Notes under the pieces: generated by a model | What the model was told of the DNA's origin: nothing | Databases searched by the model: none | Seen by the model: only the letters and a program-made list of their open reading frames with translations | Position numbers and translations under genes: made by a program | Shown: positions 48,120-60,500 of the stretch, piece by piece | Position numbering within the stretch: position 1 is the stretch's first letter | How the letters are laid out: every line of letters starts with the position of its first letter | Assembly: GCA_977018835.1 (NCBI GenBank) | Contig: OZ361258.1 | Coordinates: forward strand, 1,240,001 to 1,304,000 | Source of the DNA: Minutocellus sp. GHC0000111 | Taxonomy: Eukaryota | Length of the DNA stretch: 64,000 nucleotides | Direction: 5' to 3'

Positions 48120-50433
48120 TTACAAGCTGCCATTTTCTCTCAGTATCGCCGGCATCCAAGAGCTAACATCATTTGCCGATACACCGAAGTTTGTCTTAGC
48201 TTTCTTATTATTTCTTGCAGATTTCTTGTTGCTGCCTGGGCTTCTGCGCTTCTTTCCGGCGTAAACGACAACGTCGTCAGCATCGTCGCATTGACATTCA
48301 GCCCGAGTGTGGCCAAGCTGCTTGCATTTCTGACACTGCTGGTCAATCTTCTTCTTGCGGCCAGGCTTTGCTGGTTTCGCCTTACCAGCAGCTAGGGCCC
48401 TGTTCTTCTTGTGCACATAGTCCTTGTCGTCTTTCTCGCTTCTGTTTCGCAAGGCTGCTCGAAGGCGCTTGCTGTCGCTCTTGCTCTTTTTGTACTCATC
48501 GGTGCGCTTACGCGCAAGGTCGCCCTCGAGCTTCCGGTCAATTGCATTGAATCCATCTTTTCGGGTAGGAGAATCCCTCGATCCCAACTTTCCAAGAACT
48601 CGCTCATTGAATTCCGTACCCAGTGACTTGTGGCCAGCGGCTCTACTTGTTGCATTTGGGTAGGCGTCTGAAGCAGTCAAATTCGGCCTTTTCCCCATCG
48701 TGAACTTCGTCACCATCCCGTTGAGCTGTTCGACGCCGGTGGTAGATTCCTTCTTGCAGTTGGAGTCGGCAGTATTCTTGTTGATTCTCTTGGTTATTTC
48801 AAGCGTCATCTTGCGAATCGTGTCGTCACTAATCTCCAATATGTCGCCATCGAATTGATTCCCCGAGCTCCATTCCTCATCGAGCTTGCCATCACTCCAA
48901 TCAGGATGAGCAATGCTGAGGCGAATCCAATCACACGTGTTGGTGGTGCAAAAAGTGTGAATGCCACATTGGTGACGAACGATGGACTGGAGTTCTTTCT
49001 GAAGGAGGGCCAGATGACTTTGTTTTTCCTCCTCGGACACAGCACCATCGGGCTGATCGAGAACGCTGTGCTTGTGCCGATCAGTAATCTTCGAAATGTC
49101 CTGTTTCATCCGATTGATGCGTGGTCGGGGGATGGCATTAAAATTTTCAACTCCCAACATTCTCGGCCAGATGCTCCTCTGCCACACCGGGGGAGTAGGA
49201 AGAGTTGCGATGGCAGAAGCCATCATGGTCGTACAGGGCCAGTGTCTCATCCTTGCTCATGTTTTTGAGCTCACTCGGCGTTATTGGATTGCCGGCTTCC
49301 CGCCTCTCCCTCAATCTTGCATTGCAGGCTCTCACGCAACAGTGGCAGCTTGCCTGAGAGATTCCCTTGTCAACAACAAGGCCAGTTTCCTTGTCTACGG
49401 CAAATGCCGCTGCAGCAGAGCCAGTGTAGCAATGGCCGTAGTCGCGTTTGAGGGCGCTGCCGTCTTGGGCCACCGTAACCACCGCCGCCGTGTGCATCTC
49501 GCCGCCTTGTTCAAACTCAACAGTCTTGCTGCTAGCGGCACATGCTTTTGCCCTGTTCTCGTCAATGATTTCATCGGCTGCTTCAATAGCCGCTGCTCTG
49601 CATTTCTTTTCCACCTGTCGGGCATTCTTTTCGGTCGGATGGACGATGTCGGCCTTCGTGCAGAAATTCATGAAGCGACTTGCGCACATGGCCTCATCTT
49701 CCGCTGCCTCCATCAGCTCCAAGTTCATTCCAGCCTGACTTCTAGAATGCTTTCTGCCGGGGCACACAACTTCTGACCTCTGGCCGATCCAAGTGCAAAA
49801 GGAAAAAGGTTGGTTGCATCTGTCGCATCGCCATTCAAATGTAACGCCGAATCCACGCCGAACTGGCTCGGCCGAGAGATGCAGATTGCCGCACGATCGG
49901 TGGAGATTCTGTACGAAATCATGCAGCTGCTTCATCTCAACCACAACTCTTTTGCCGTTGAGCTGCACGCCGGTGATGTTGGGACGATCGGCAGCGTTGG
50001 CGGTGGGAGTAGATGACCGACCGCCCGAAGAGTTCTTGTCGGAATAACATTTCAGTGTCGCGTTGAGATGGGGCCCATGCTTTTCATCGTCCTGGAAGTG
50101 ATTTTCAGGCATGGTCGGCAGTGATCGCTTGCCATTGCGTTGAGAGCGTGGGCTGGCGTTGTCGGCTGTTCTGGAGAAGCGGTAGAAGGGCTTTGCAACG
50201 TCAAGGCCTGACATTTTCTCTGGACGTCGTCGTTGGATGTTGACCTCGTGTCGTGTTGGGACGTGTTGAAGAGATGATCGAACAAGAGAGATCTCTAAGC
50301 TCGGCGACACGCCACCGCGCATCAAGATGCGGACAAGCTCATCAATAGTGCAGTAAGTGCATCTGACGTCGTCTGGGAATGAGAGCAAGAGTGAGAGGAT
50401 TGCCTCCTTGGCGTTAGCACGTGATGTTTCCAT
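48120..50433 (-). pseudogene. DDE transposase, copy 2, with the same deletion/frameshift at ~49147-49155
   Basis: The junction AENVGS*/GVENFNAIP is identical to copy 1. Confidence 0.8.
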
Positions 50434-50902
50434 GGTTGTTTTTTTGTTTTGTGTCGGCTCTGGCGCAAGATGCGCTTTTCGATGAGAACCTTACAAAAAG
50501 AACCCCAAATGAGGGAGACGTGCAAAAATACCCCAAACAAATATCCCCTTACCTCCCAACAGCAAAACTTCAAGATATCTTCCCACCAGCACCACCAACG
50601 CTGGTTGTGCGTCGGCCGAGACTAATTTCGGTCGATCCGACGATGACGTGCACGTCGACTGTTATGTTTCTGAGGGAGAGTTGATTCATCGAAGTTCCTC
50701 TGAACCAAGTGTTCCTGGAGGGATTTCCGACTTAATGCTGAAAGGAACGTCGATGACTCTTCGCCACTGTGGAGAGCGGCGGCCTTCGATGAGGAGCCCA
50801 TTGTCACGTTGGAGTGCTAACTTTGGCGATGGTGCGAAGAAAAAACGGCACAAAACACGCATTTTGGGGGCTTCCTAAAAGTTATGGACAGCGCCCTCTT
50901 AA

Positions 50903-51159
50903 GACAGGCGCAGATAAAATCCCCGGGTCAGGGACAGACAGACAGACCACACTCATCATTTTTAGGTCATGTGTAATTTTTGACAAAGATGCGCTCTAAC
51001 TCTGCCGATTTTCGCGTGAAGTGCGCGTTATTTTTCTCATGAGAGTGTTTGTGTTGCGAGCGTTTTACGAAACTTCCTTAATGAGAAATGAAAAAAATTG
51101 CACTTTGAGCAAAAATGGTCTGTTTTCGTCCTGACCCGGGGATTTCTTTTGCGCCTGTC
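50903..51159. mobile_element. MITE, 257 bp, with ~30-bp imperfect TIRs
   Basis: Left end GACAGGCGCAGATAAAATCCCCGGGTCAGG; right end reverse complement GACAGGCGCAAAAGAAATCCCCGGGTCAGG. Flanked by TTAA and TTAT. Confidence 0.85.
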
Positions 51160-51414
51160 TTATTTGCTCACATCTCCAAAAGAACAAGATACGCAAAAGA
51201 GAATGCCACATATCCAACAAAATGGGCGGCCTTGGGTGAGTATGGCGTCCGCGAGCGAAAGGCAGCTTGGGCGTTTACGATAAATTGCACATGCGAAGGT
51301 AGCGTTGAAACGTCCATTCGCACGTATTTTTGCTGACTTGTTTGTTTCCATCTGCTCTTCCACCTGGGTGACACCAACACACCAACACACCAACATTCCT
51401 TCTGCCACAGCGAA

Positions 51415-52110
51415 TTGGCATCTCTCATCCCTGCAGTCTTTTCGACCGCAGCTCTTTTCTGCTCTTTGCTCTCGTCTTTCCTATGCAAGTTCGTTTCAAT
51501 CCAGGAGCTCAACAGCGGGAAATTGTACCAGACGGGCATCTGGCTCAAGAGCCAGATCTATGTCATCCAAGACACAGACACGCTTGAATGGGAACTCTAC
51601 AAAGGCTGCGGGAGCTATCCATCGGGAATCCCATACGACGCACTGTGGAAGACTACCGGTGCTATGACAATAATCGCAGTGGTGATCGGTGTCATCGCTA
51701 CATTCGCTTTATATTTCGCGTCTTGCATGTCTTTTGGTAGCGGGATGTGGAAAGGTTTTGGCTTTTTGCTCATCAGCAATACCCTCTTTCAAGGCCTAAC
51801 TCTTCTATTCTTGTCAAGCAACGCATGCTCTGATAATCGCGACTACATCCAAGATATTGAGGGCAGATTTGAGCTGGCCGGTGGATGTGAGATGGCGTCG
51901 GGTGCCAAGTTGGCGATTGCAGCCACTGTGCTTTGGTTTGTGGCGGGTCTTTTGACTCTGAAGACTCCCAATCCATCTCCTGACGACCAGTTTGCCCATG
52001 AAGTTGTGACCAAGACCAAGGCCGGAGACAAGGCAGTTGACGAAGAGAAGGCTAGTAATGAGGAGAGCGGCGATGCGTCTGCTCCCAAAGAAGGCGAAGA
52101 TGCCGAGTAA
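51415..52110 (+). CDS. Four-TM claudin/PMP22-like membrane protein; start uncertain
   Basis: Four hydrophobic segments, GIW...C in loop 1, a C...C pair in loop 2 and a charged tail. The ORF begins at a non-ATG codon. Confidence 0.6.
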   Translation: MASLIPAVFSTAALFCSLLSSFLCKFVSIQELNSGKLYQTGIWLKSQIYVIQDTDTLEWELYKGCGSYPSGIPYDALWKTTGAMTIIAVVIGVIATFALYFASCMSFGSGMWKGFGFLLISNTLFQGLTLLFLSSNACSDNRDYIQDIEGRFELAGGCEMASGAKLAIAATVLWFVAGLLTLKTPNPSPDDQFAHEVVTKTKAGDKAVDEEKASNEESGDASAPKEGEDAE

Positions 52111-52259
52111 GCTACGATATTGATGTCGCTTCCACGATTTTCTTTATGCCACCATCAACATGGTCCTATGCAATTTGCCGTGGAAGGAGAGCTAGTTCAT
52201 GATGCCAAAGCGATCAAGAGAGGGCAAGCAATGATGGTCAAAGCCTTGTAACTCTCACA

Positions 52260-52768
52260 ATGATCAAATACACGTCGATAAAGATAACAAACGTTCCATT
52301 GCAATATTCTCGGATTGCAAGTGTTACAGATATGTGCTGGAGAGGACCTGGGATCATGATACTCCCAGAATTTCTTTTATAATGCTGAATCCCTCGACGG
52401 CCGACGAGCTAAGAACCGACCCCACCATCGAACGATGTGAGCGACGGGCAAAAGCACTTGGATTTGGATCGCTGAGAGTTTGCAACATTTTTGCTTATAC
52501 GGCCACAGACCCGATGATCATGAAGGCAGTAGATGACCCGATCGGTGGGGAAGAGAATGATGCTTGGATTCGAGCATGCTGTATTTGGTCGGACGTGATA
52601 ATTTGCGCCTGGGGCTGCCACGGCTCTCACAGAGGAAGGGGCACGCAGGTCGAATCAATGTTGAGAGAGTCCGCTGAAGCAGCTTTTCATCTCGGCATAA
52701 ACAAAGGAGGGGCACCAAAACATCCTCTGTACGTCGCCTATGATACAGAGCCAGAGCAGTGGTTTTGA
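52260..52768 (+). CDS. DUF1643 family protein (possible 1-bp frameshift at ~52270)
   Basis: AIFSDCKCYRYVLERTWD, FIMLNPSTAD, DPTIERC, NIFAYTATDP, ICAWGCHG and PKHPLYV. Confidence 0.85.
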
Positions 52769-52851
52769 TGTTTACCAATCAAGTGTATCTATCCATGCAG
52801 ACTAGCGTCTACTAAGATTATCCTATTTGATTCCCTATTATACTGCTGGAT

Positions 52852-55800
52852 CTACTTCCAACCCTGGCACACGCTATTCTTACCAAACAGCTCCTGGTTT
52901 TCTTTCGGATTCAAAATCAGTGCCTCCGAAAAAAATTTGCCCATAATGCGCCACATGCCATCAATGCCGAAAGAAAGAACAAGAGCTCCACAAATTGCCT
53001 TCATGGAAAATGCTAGATCTTCCGTTAGATCCTTGTCTAGCTTCTTGAGATGCCCGACGAGCAGGCCACCACCAAGCCCAGGATATCGAGGATGAAGATC
53101 ATCATCCGACACGTTGTTATGGCTCCCACTTTTCATCCGACGTCGGTATTCATCCATACCGAACAACCAGCCGTCGCTTTCTTCCCATATTTCCGTGCCC
53201 TTTTTATCAGCAAGCTTCATTTCAAGCCAAAATTGAGCAACAGACGGAGCATCCTTATCAAAAAGACACTGCGTAAAGTCGTTCTTTGTCAGTATATACG
53301 CCATTGCTTCATCTGTAAATGCGCAAAACGTGAGAAGAGTGAGATCCTTTGGAGAGGCGTCGGGGAAGCGTTTGTAGAGCTCAATGGAAAGGCAGAGGTT
53401 TAGGGCATAGTTTCCGATGAAAAATAGATTGTCTCGGCAAATACCAACCAAATTCAAACCTTCGAGTGGACTTGCACTTGTCGTCCAATCCTGCCGTGCC
53501 GCCATTGGCATCACCGGTCAAGGACGCATCGAAAAGGGCGCAACGAAGCAAAATCTTTGTGCGCTGAGAGGAGAGCTGGGAACAACGAGAACCTTGACTG
53601 TCTAGGATTTTGCAAAGCAATGCAAATCCCCGCTCCAGCTTCATATCTACGTTTCGATCCATAGTGAGTGCCGTCCCAACGGCAATAATTTGCTTGTTCC
53701 AGCTCTGGTGTAAATCAAATGGATACGGACCAATAAAGCAAGGACTCGAAGCGACAAATCCTTTTGTAGCATTTTCCCCACTCAGCGCGGAGAAAGATAA
53801 TTCCAGCTCGTTGAATTGACCAAGAACATTACTCCCAGCCGGATTTCTAATGAAGGCTACTGCAATCAAAGCCTCAACCACATCGCTTAGGGTTCCTTGG
53901 CTACATTCGCGCGACGTACTCCCGCCGACACCGAGGATCTTTGGAATGCCCACTCGAAGTGCGGCTTGCCCCAACTGCTTGTTATTCATCTCGATGGATA
54001 TTTTGTCACCAAGGTCATCGGCATCCAAGCGCAAATCATAATTCTTGGCAAACAGATTGATAGCAAGAGCATGGTTCAGAATGGCATCACCCAGAAACTC
54101 CAGCCGTTGATACGTTGGGCTGGGAAACAAGCCCGTCGCTTTATCGATGAGGACGAGAGGGGCATCTCCTTCATCCAGATTATTGAAGAGGTGGGAAGAG
54201 AACACAGTACCAGTGTGATCGGTAGTCTCAGTGATAGCAAGGCCATTCTTTGTCTTGAGCTCTTGTAATCGGCGATCGACATTCATAAGGGTCACGGTCC
54301 TTTCCAGCGATACCAAGATTGCTTCGAAATGCTGCCCACACAGGTACAACATGTCTCTTGGACATGGTAAAACGTGAAGCAATTCCGGTGGTAAATGAAT
54401 TGTACCACCCGCACCATCGGTAGGTTTGCTAGTACAGGTACTCTCCTGCGAACGGAGTAGATCCATCTTCGCGTGCTTCTTCACAAGCTTTGCAGGAATC
54501 AACGAATGTTTTGCATATCTCAGCTTAGTTGAATACCTCTCTGAATAAAATTCGTAACACGATGTTGGATATGAGCTTTCTTTGCCATCCTCTCTAACAT
54601 CAAAGGTAGCCAGGGCGTTTCGCCTTGAAGCAGAAAGCCAAACATTTGTATCGAGAACAAAAAGTCCAGACATCCCAACGCTTTGAGTTAGAAATCGATT
54701 CGCCAGAACTTCATCGTCAACAGTCTTCTTCGGCGGGGGGATCGAAAAGAAGAACAATGCCAGACAAACGCATGCAAGCCAAGGGTATAATGCGGGGGCA
54801 CTGTCTGCGATGAACAGTTTTGTCCAGTCAAAATCAAAAACATTTTTTATAACTGCTGGCTCTTCCATTCTGAGCCACTGATAACATGCGAAGGCAACAC
54901 TAGATAGGCCAACGATGAACCTAACGTGTTGGCTTTGAACGCGGCCTCCAACGAGCCCTTTGGGCAAGTAGTATGGCTCAATGTTGTATTCAACCACTCG
55001 AGTCATAAGATCCCAATCAATGAGAATTCCACCGCTGCCGTCCTCCTCCTTTAGCGGTACAAACATGCAAGAGCTGTCGCCTTTGCTGCGATTATCATCT
55101 TGGAACTTCATTGGCCCTTTGAGCTTTACCGACCCCCTTGATTTAGAGTATCCAACAAAGCCATATCGTTTCCAATCCTTGACGATGGTATTAAAATGCC
55201 GCATCTTGCGAAGAGCATCGTTATTGCCTCCCAGACTGATCACAGTCCTTCTCCGTAAAGCCAAATTTACCTTTTCATTTCCACTTCGAGTTGGGATTTC
55301 AATGATTGTGTTGACGGCATCGTTGCCGCCCTTGTTACCATGAAAGAAGTCCTGGCCAAGTACCAAAGCCATCCTAGAACAAACTCGAGGAGATAGACTC
55401 ATTGCCGATGATACAAAATCTTCGCCTGATTCATTCGTACTAGTAAACACCATTTCGTATACCACAAGGTGATGAGCATTTTCATCAATTGAAACAGTAA
55501 AACATGGTGGCGGGGAAAAATGAAATGTGGCCGTCTTGTCAGGAGCGGATCGCAACAGGCCCTCCTTGATTTCCCAATTTATATCAGTTTCTGACAGAAC
55601 CTGCACATTCAGTCTCCGTGCCTCTTCTTCCACAAGGAGAGACATACTCTTCAAGGCCTCCGCTCTTGACACACTGGGTAGCGACAATGTAGTAAATCTG
55701 AATGGGCTAGACAATTCAACAACCGCGCAAAGCTCTGTACGACATTCTCGGTCGATATATTTAATGCCGGGTCCTTCCGGTTGGGTTGGCAAATATTCCC

Positions 55801-56914
55801 GAAATTTGATGTTGATTGATGATGCTGTCACCCCCAACCGCGAAAGACGATTCACCCATTCCGGATAGTGAGACCGGGGAGCATATCCAACGCGTTTGGT
55901 CGGTTCCGCTGGTGCAGTCGGCTCTGTAGCAGGAATGGTAATATTGTTGTATTTTGTCGGTGCAAATGAAGCAATGGCCTGGGCGGTGGTTTCACTTTCA
56001 TTTTCGTCGCCCACCAACAGGGCACGGGAAGCACCACTGGACGAGATTGACCAAAGTACCTCGGCGTTTGAGCTGAACATGACCTGGCCGATGCTTATCC
56101 CTCTTGACTGATCGCTGGTACCATTGCTATTTCTGCTCTTGGCCAACAAATTGGCTTCATACGCTGCTATTGCTGCAGCCTTTCTCGCGCCCTTCTTGCT
56201 CTTGAAATACACAAGGCCGTCACCAAATATTTTGCTCTCCCCAAGCTTGGTCAGAATGATTTTCCAATCTGCATGAGTAAATGTATCATCGTCACCCTAG
56301 GTATCGTCAGCGTCGGACATACAAGCATGTGTAAGCCAAACCGACCAGGGCAGTCCCGATGGATATTCCCGATCCAGCACGGGACAGTGCAGTACCGACC
56401 TCCACCAGCCCGTGATGATCCCCCTCTCGTTACGATGTTGGATGTCCCGGTAGGTCGGTTGCTTTGGTTTGCCGTTGTTCGAATTGTTCTCGCCCTTGTT
56501 TTTACCCCTGCCCTTGTCGAGGGATTGGTAGTATTCCAATAATGCGGACGTTGGGTCGGACGTCCCGATGGCGGTGACGAGGGTCCGTTCGGCTTCCCTC
56601 ATCAATGCCTCGTGCTGCTGCTGTTCCAACACCTCACTTCTCGAGCATGCACATATGGAATCATCTATGGACTGCAGGCTTGCCAGATCGTCGCTTGTAT
56701 CGATGCTGCTGCTGATCGAATGAATGCTTGCACAATCATCGTTGCCGATGCCGACATCATTGTCATTGTCGTCATCATTGTCCGCAATCGCTGTCGGGGG
56801 TGGAACGCGGGAACCCAACAGCACGACGGCGTCACCGGTACATGTACCACTCACGCTCACTCCGCCGGCGGCACGGCGTCGCTTGGACATCAGGGTGGGA
56901 CTGGATCCGATCAT
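52852..56914 (-). pseudogene. Helicase-less Dicer-like gene (dsRBD-like, PAZ-like, two RNase III); in-frame TAG at 56297-56299 and frameshift at ~53478
   Basis: DPTSALLEYYQ...YFKSKKGARKAAA (dsRBD-like); YEFYSERY...LPPELL (PAZ-like); YQRLEFLGDAIL...LSDVVEALI (RIIIa); RDNLFFIGNYAL (degenerate RIIIb). Confidence 0.8.
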
Positions 56915-57512
56915 GATGCGCGCGGCATACCTACCGGTAGGTATGTGGTATGGCTGTTGGGGTATAAGATACGCGGCGAGTAAAACCAGCACACATGATG
57001 TGCCGATGCCATGTTTCCGTTGGCCTCGCTGAAAAATTTCGACGCCCCCCAAGAACCTTCTTTTGTCACAGGCCCACTGTTTGACTGTTGCATTTGAATG
57101 CACTTGTTTTGAATTTCAGCCAATTTATCGGTTCAAGCTGGCATTCTCTCGGCATCTGCCCGTGCCGTCGGCTTCACTTTGTGAAGGGAAGCATCATCAT
57201 TCCGCCGCACCCACCATTCATTTGTTCCTTGTTCCGACTCTGATTTGGCATTTCATTCGCTGCAGAGATACCCAGCAAACAATTTCATTGACCGGTATCT
57301 TCGTTGCGTTGCACCTCCTCGGCGAGATTCCAACCGAACTTTCACCGCCCCGCCGCCGCTTCGCTTTGTGCCTGCTTTCCTTCGCCGCGGCATCCCCCTC
57401 TCTTTCTGTTTCCCACTGGCGCTTTCGGTTACCGGACCTGAAAGCGGAAATCGGATCCGGTAATTTATTATTGCATTTCATCTCGTTCCTTTGGCCGATA
57501 CTAGTAAGCAAT

Positions 57513-60500
57513 ATGAGCATGACCGCCGAGGAGGAGGACCAGCCAGGTCCCATCAGCAGCACCGCCTGCGTCGGCCGCGACCACAATACTAGGCCTAGTG
57601 ATGCCACCGCCGCCGACGAGGCCTTGTACCCCCTCGACGAATCGCCGGAAAAGGTCGCGCCCAGCGTGGCGTTCGCCGCCACCGAGGCCGAGGTGCTGTG
57701 CACCCCCGAGGACGGCAAAAAGTCCACCTCGAACCATCGGTCGTACAATGCGTTGACGAATCCCGTCGGGGATACCATCGGTTCGGCCTTGAATAGTGGT
57801 GGTGCTGCCGCCGCCGGCGGTGATGGTGGTAATAACAACAAGGCTGCCGGTAGCGCTGGCGGTAGCGGTAACGGGGGTCCGTCCAAGGCCAAGCAGCAGG
57901 CCGCTCCGCCTTCGGCTGCAGCTGCACCGGAAATTGCCGCGTCGGCTCCGAGCACAGCCCCGGCATCGTCGCCTTCCGCCACCCCCAGCAAAGCGACCGC
58001 CGCAGCGGCGGCCACTCCCGAATCGTCCCCGCAGGCCAGCCGCCGCCTCTTCCAGGCCATGCAGGCCGGGACCGCCCTCCCCCCTTCGACCGACACCAGC
58101 CTCGCGTCCGACGACTTGGACGACAGCCTCAACAACGTTAGCAACATCAGCGGTAGCAACATGAATAACATGAACAGCAACATGAACGACGTTTCCTCTG
58201 GCACGCCTCCTCCTGCCGCTGCCGGTAGATCTGCTGCTGCCAATGCCAACGCCAACGATGCCAACGACACCACGCCCGTGTCGGCCGCCGCGGCGGCAGC
58301 GGCCGCGGCGGCCCAGATCCGCAGGGACGTCGAGGGTGCAGGACAGGACAAGGGCGAGGTTTTACTGGACACCAGCAGAGAAAGAAACCGGAAGGACGTG
58401 GTGGCCATGGCCCTGAACCGCCGCCGCCATCAGCAGCCTCTTGAGGAGGGGGGTGCCGATGATGCCGAAGATGATGCCGAAGCCGGCGTACCTGCTTCAG
58501 CTTCCACCACCCCTCCCAAGCATCCCGCCGGTACCGCCACGACCACCGTCACCAGCAGCAGCGTGCACCATCCCGCCGATGAGAGTCCCGCCAAGGCCCT
58601 GTTCCGGGGGGGCAAGCCCTTCCAGAGCTCCAGTGGTGGTGGGCACCACCGATCCACCCCACCCAGCAGCAGCAGCCGTAGCCGCAAGGTCAGCCCCGCC
58701 AAGATGCACTTTGCCTCCACGGCCATCCCCAGCCCTGCCGTTGGTGGTGGTGGTGGTGACGGTGGCAATGCCGAGGAGAACAGTGTCGTGGGAGGCAGCA
58801 ATGTTGGTGGTGCCAACCTCGACGCCTCGATATTGGCCGACCAATCCTTCATGTCGCAGGGTGCCAACACCTTCGTTGAAGAGGACGATGATGCCGACGA
58901 CGACAATGACGACATTGTGGATAACCGCACGGACGTGTCAGCCGAGGTCGACGCCCTCGACCTGGCGGGGATCAGCCCCATCTTCGTCCGGGCGTTCGGC
59001 TCGTGCGGTGCCGGCGCCGGCGCTGGCGGTGTCAGCAGCCGGTGGAAGAAGCGGCAGCAGCAAAAAGCCAAGATGAGGGACGGCAGTACCAGTGATGTCG
59101 CTGCCGCTGCAGCCAATGCCGGCACCGGCGACGACGAGGCCAAGAACAATACCATTGCCAACCTACGGGAGGAGATCGACTGCCTCAAGGCCAAGGTCAA
59201 GGCGCGAGACGTCGGAATCGTCAAGCTGAACGGGGAGCTTTCGGAGGCCACGGCCGACCTCAAGCACGTCCGGCTGATGCTGCAGAAGGAGCAGCGCCGG
59301 AATGCCGCGTTCGGCGGTGCCGGCGAGATGTCGTACTCGTACTCGGCCACCACGGCCACCAGCGCCGATGGCGATGGTGCGGAGCCGACGGCTGCAACCG
59401 TCGCCGCCGCTCCCACAGCTGCCGATGTTGCTTCGTACAAGCGCCAGATTGAAAAGCAGCAGGAGGAGATCCGCAACCGCGACGTCCGGTTGAATTGGAT
59501 GACGAAAAAGATGGAAAGTTTGGAGGTGGAGCGTTGTTCCCTCGTGGAACAGTTGGCCGAGGAGACCAAGGCGGCACCCGCAACTGTTTCGCCTACCGTT
59601 GCCGGTGGCGGTAATAACACTGCCAGTGGCAACGAGAAGAAAGACGTGCTCGACCATTCAGAATCGTCTCAGCCCGGACGGATTGGCAAGGCGGACGACA
59701 CCGTCGCCCTTCGACTCAAGCTCCACGAGAGCGACAGCACCATTGCTGCCCTCAAGGCCGAGATCAATACCATGCGATCGCCCGAGCTATATGCAAGGTC
59801 CCAGGCCGCAGAAGTGGAGCGACTGGTGCAAAAGGCAAAGAGAGATGCGGCAACGATCGCCGCACTCAAGAGTGAAAACACTCGGCTCGTCATGAAGGTC
59901 GCCAATGGCGGAGATATGCGCCAAGAAGAAACTGACAAGGCAAAGGAGGGTGAAGATCCGAACCAATCGCTGGATGAAATTCTCGGTGAAGTCTCTCGAT
60001 GCGTCGACCCTGCTGCTATTCATGGTGACGGTCCGGAGGATGAATTCTTTGGTGACTCATTGGTGGAAGATCCGACCATCCGATCAATGTCCGCACCGCC
60101 AACGGATAAAGTGAAGATCAAATCGTTGGAGAAGAAGCTCCGTGAGGCCAAGGAGCTTGAACTTTCAATGAAGAATCGTCTAGATGTGCTTTCCGCGGCT
60201 CTCAGTGGAGAGACATCGAAAGTAGCAGCTGAGAACCTCATTGCTGAGCAAAAGGAGGCATCAAACGATGAGCAGAAGGCATTGATTGCCCGTATGGAGA
60301 AAGATATTGACGACAGGGACAAGTCCCTCGAAGTGCTCCGATCAATTATTGACAGTCAAAAGAAGGAGATCAAGACACAATGGAAGAACGCCGAACGATG
60401 GAAGGAGGAAGAACTAGTTCTCGAGGAGGAGAATAAAGAACTCAAGCGAACACTGAGAAAGGCAGCAAAGGTTGTGAAGAAGGTTGAAATTGACAACCTC

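Larger units (their letters stand above)
46662..50898. mobile_element. Kolobok-like DNA transposon, copy 2 (4237 bp)
   Basis: Same TIRs as copy 1; TTAA at 46658-46661 and 50899-50902; flanks unrelated to those of copy 1. Confidence 0.9.

Noticed and set aside
16510..50898. Segmental duplication or misassembly explaining the two 4.2-kb copies
   Set aside because: Similarity stops exactly at the TIR/TTAA on both sides and the copies differ at dozens of sites.
24085..56299. TAG reassigned to an amino acid (in-frame TAGs at 24085, 41373 and 56297)
   Set aside because: TAG is the evident terminator of several genes here (e.g. 10379, 21944, 29008, 29161, 32566), and two of the three affected genes also have frameshifts.
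57063..57512. 150-codon N-terminal extension of the coiled-coil ORF
   Set aside because: It starts at a non-ATG codon and reads like the shared promoter/UTR of the divergent gene pair. ATG 57513 is more plausible.
57218..59632. Long antisense ORFs (396 and 400 aa) and similar shadow ORFs elsewhere
   Set aside because: They mirror GC-rich sense genes and carry no independent motifs.
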